A stretch of 64,000 nucleotides of DNA from Deferribacterales bacterium (lineage in GTDB: Bacteria > Chrysiogenota > Deferribacteres > Deferribacterales > Geovibrionaceae): positions 224,001 through 288,000 of the forward strand of contig JBFWLW010000003.1 of the NCBI GenBank assembly GCA_050251945.1, written 5' to 3'. Below the pieces are notes generated by a model. It was not told the origin of the DNA and searched no databases. It saw nothing but the letters and a program-made list of their open reading frames with translations. Below are positions 61,316 to 64,000 of the stretch, piece after piece; within the stretch, counting starts at the first letter, position 1; every line of letters begins with the position of its first letter. The translations under genes were made by a program, and so were the position numbers.

Positions 61316-63365
61316 CTATCTTGTCCATCAGCATCTGCATGTTCAGAGGCTTAAGGAGGAAAGCGTCGATGCCTGCCGCTGATATTTTTTTGCGTTCGGA
61401 TATTTCCGATCTGCCTGATGCTGCGATGATGGGCTTGTCATAGCCTTTTTCTCTGAGGTTTCTTGCGACCTCATAGCCGTCCATATCGGGCATCATGATG
61501 TCAGTTATGACGATGTCAGGATTAAGTTTATCTATCATCTTGACAGCGTCCTTGCCGCTTGTTACCTCTTTAGTTTCCATCCAGCCTGTGGATGTGAGCA
61601 GTCTGCTGATTATCTTGCGATCGGTTGCCGAATCGTCGATTATCAGAACTGTTATCTTGTTGTTATTTCTTTTGCCGGATTCAACTTTTTTCTTCTGTCT
61701 GAATCTTCTGGGCATTTTGGATGCTATATCCATTACGCCGGCAACGTCGATGATAAGACGCACGCGTCCGTCGCCCATGATGGTCGCGCCGGCGATGCCT
61801 TCATTTCCGCTGAGGTATTCGCCGAGTGATTTGATAACGATCTCTTCCTGACCGACGAGCTTATTCACTATGAAGCCGAGGCGTTTTTCAGCTATACCGA
61901 CGACAACGACATAAATATCCTCATCGTAGGATTCCTGAAATTCGTATATTTCGTTAAGGCGGATAAGGCTGAGAACTGAATCGCGCAGTTTGAGCACTTC
62001 GCGTCCTTCAAAGCTGTGTATCTGTTTTTCGTTTATGCGCACTGTCTCTATAACTGAAACGAGCGGGATTGCGAGTACCTCGCCCGATACTTCAACAAGA
62101 AGAGCCTGAATGATGGCAAGAGTGAGAGGCAGTTTCATTTTGAAACGCGTCCCGTGACCGATTTCAGATTCTATGTTGATGATACCGTTCAGTTTTTCAA
62201 TGTTTGTCTTAACAACGTCCATACCCACGCCGCGACCTGAAACGTCGGTTATCTGAGCCGCAGTGGAGAAACCGGGGCGGAAAATGAGACTATATGCGGT
62301 CTCGTTATCCATATTTTTGGCCTCTTCGGGGCTGATAACGTTCTTTTCGACAGCTTTCTTTCTCAGCATGTCGGGGTCGAGACCTTTACCGTCATCTTTA
62401 ATTTCAACAACGATGTGGTTGCCTTCGTGATAAGCAGAGAGGTTTACGATACCTTTATCAGGTTTGCCTTTTTTGCGTCTTTCAGAGGGAACCTCGACAC
62501 CGTGGTCAACTGCGTTTCTGATCATGTGCATCAGGGGGTCGCCTATTTCTTCCACGACGGATTTATCAAGCTCTGTCTCTTCGCCTGCGATCACAAGGTC
62601 TATATCCTTCTGCATGTCGCGGCAGAGGTCGCGCACCATGCGGGGGAATTTGTTGAAAACTTTGCCGATGGGAACCATTCTGGTCTTCATAACGGCAAGC
62701 TGAAGTTCGGTGGAGATGAGACCTATCTGTGATGTGGTCTCCATAAGCTGTTCTACAAGGTATTCTCCCTCGAATTTCTTTTCCAGTTCGCCTGATATCT
62801 GTCCGATACGGTTACGCGACAGAACAAGCTCACCCACAAGGTTCATGAGTGAATCCAGACGGGAAACGTCAACGCGTATGGTTTGTTCAACAGCAACAGC
62901 GGCTTTTTTAACCTGCTCAACGCTCTCTCTTTTTGCGCCTGCGCTTGCGGATGCTTCGCTTGCGCCGCCCATTCTGAGTTTTCCTTCGTTTGCAAGTTTA
63001 AGCTTGGGCACGATTTCGTCGATTGACGCAGTGTTGGTACCGTTTTTTATGTCTGCAATGATTGTTTTTGTAACGTCAACGAACTCAAGCAGGACGTCCA
63101 TTATCTCAGGAGTAACCTGCATTTCGTTTTTTCTCAGTTTGTTGAGGATCTCTTCAGCGTGGTGGGTAACGCTGCTCATCTTGTCAAACCCGAGGAAGGA
63201 CGAAGCACCTTTCATGGTGTGAGCCGCCCTGAATATTTTATTCAGAAGTTCAAAGTCGTTCTTTCTGTTTTCCAGTTCAATAAGATCCTGATCGAGACTC
63301 TCGACAATTTCATCGGTCTCAAGAATAAAGTCCTGTACAAGGTCCTGCATTTCATTATTGCTCAT
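61284..63365 (-). CDS. cheA: CheA-CheY hybrid chemotaxis kinase
   Basis: FRAAHTMKG, IRVDVSRLD, HMIRNAVDHG, SGRGVGMDVV motifs; CheW domain and C-terminal REC. Confidence 0.96.
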   Translation of the reverse strand: MSNNEMQDLVQDFILETDEIVESLDQDLIELENRKNDFELLNKIFRAAHTMKGASSFLGFDKMSSVTHHAEEILNKLRKNEMQVTPEIMDVLLEFVDVTKTIIADIKNGTNTASIDEIVPKLKLANEGKLRMGGASEASASAGAKRESVEQVKKAAVAVEQTIRVDVSRLDSLMNLVGELVLSRNRIGQISGELEKKFEGEYLVEQLMETTSQIGLISTELQLAVMKTRMVPIGKVFNKFPRMVRDLCRDMQKDIDLVIAGEETELDKSVVEEIGDPLMHMIRNAVDHGVEVPSERRKKGKPDKGIVNLSAYHEGNHIVVEIKDDGKGLDPDMLRKKAVEKNVISPEEAKNMDNETAYSLIFRPGFSTAAQITDVSGRGVGMDVVKTNIEKLNGIINIESEIGHGTRFKMKLPLTLAIIQALLVEVSGEVLAIPLVSVIETVRINEKQIHSFEGREVLKLRDSVLSLIRLNEIYEFQESYDEDIYVVVVGIAEKRLGFIVNKLVGQEEIVIKSLGEYLSGNEGIAGATIMGDGRVRLIIDVAGVMDIASKMPRRFRQKKKVESGKRNNNKITVLIIDDSATDRKIISRLLTSTGWMETKEVTSGKDAVKMIDKLNPDIVITDIMMPDMDGYEVARNLREKGYDKPIIAASGRSEISERKKISAAGIDAFLLKPLNMQMLMDKIDELMANSSNS

Positions 63366-63380
63366 GATTTCCTCCGGACC

Positions 63381-64000
63381 TTACTGACCGAACTCTTTAA
63401 GAAGTTCGTCAACAAGATTCTGGTCTTTTAAAAGGTCTTTTTTATCTTTGATCATATCAAGCATCTGTACGTCGATCTTATTCTCTTTAACTCCGAACAT
63501 GAGAACAAGATGCGCCAGCCTTTCCTGAAGGTCATAAATTATTTTAACAAGCTTATCTATTTTTTGCTTGGTAATGTCCTGAAATTCCAGTGAAGCAATT
63601 ATATCGAAACAGGTGTCCTGACCGCCGAGGGCCTTGTCGCGCAGTCTGTCGATTATGCCGCCCGCAAGTCCGTATTGTCCGGCAGCGACCTGATCCTTTA
63701 TGGTTTGTATGTTTTCTCTGATATCATCGGTTATGAAATTGATTTTGTCAACACAGGCAAGAACGTTTTCCGATGCGGTTTTAGAGTCTGCAATGATGGC
63801 TTTCAGGGTGTCTTCAAAACCCGGAAGGTCTTCATAGCTGTCTTCCACTGTATCGTACACAGCTTTCAGCTTGTTTATGGCATCGCTGAAATATTGTGCG
63901 ATATGATAAAGTTCGTTTTCGGCGTTAACTTCAACGCCTGCAACGTCATAGTTTCCTTCATTGATGCTTCTGGCGATATCCAGAAGTTCGTTTATGTCTT
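63381..64000 (-). CDS. CheZ-like phosphatase, 5' end outside window
   Basis: LEFQDITKQKI (DxxxQ) and terminal DQNLVDELLKEFG; frame open to the window edge. Confidence 0.8.
   Translation of the reverse strand, partial: DINELLDIARSINEGNYDVAGVEVNAENELYHIAQYFSDAINKLKAVYDTVEDSYEDLPGFEDTLKAIIADSKTASENVLACVDKINFITDDIRENIQTIKDQVAAGQYGLAGGIIDRLRDKALGGQDTCFDIIASLEFQDITKQKIDKLVKIIYDLQERLAHLVLMFGVKENKIDVQMLDMIKDKKDLLKDQNLVDELLKEFGQ

Overview
A mostly core-genome bacterial window; gene content suggests a Deferribacterota-like anaerobe (inference only). It holds fabI, radA, ruvB, ackA/pta, murI, a peroxiredoxin, a MocR regulator with a divergent small gene, a sirtuin, the CIRCE-controlled hrcA-grpE-dnaK-dnaJ operon, argH, der, an aminotransferase, one intact IS3-family element and c-di-GMP/two-component genes. 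It also holds the dnaN-recF-gyrB-gyrA-folD-mnmE-mnmG-rsmG block and a long chemosensory/partner-switching cluster. The most interesting signals are non-coding or architectural. (1) A modular MITE family inserts into intrinsic terminators and duplicates the whole 17-20 bp hairpin; one duplicated terminator was later hit by IS3. (2) A likely oriC (DnaA-trios plus degenerate boxes) lies upstream of dnaN with no dnaA; a tandem two-Sm-domain Hfq gene occupies that position, and three parS sites are nearby. (3) A 3x153-bp structured tandem array lies between a small-protein/sRNA-like locus and the sirtuin. (4) There are two candidate anti-SD sRNAs. No CRISPR, rRNA or tRNA was recognised. All calls are by eye, without database searches.
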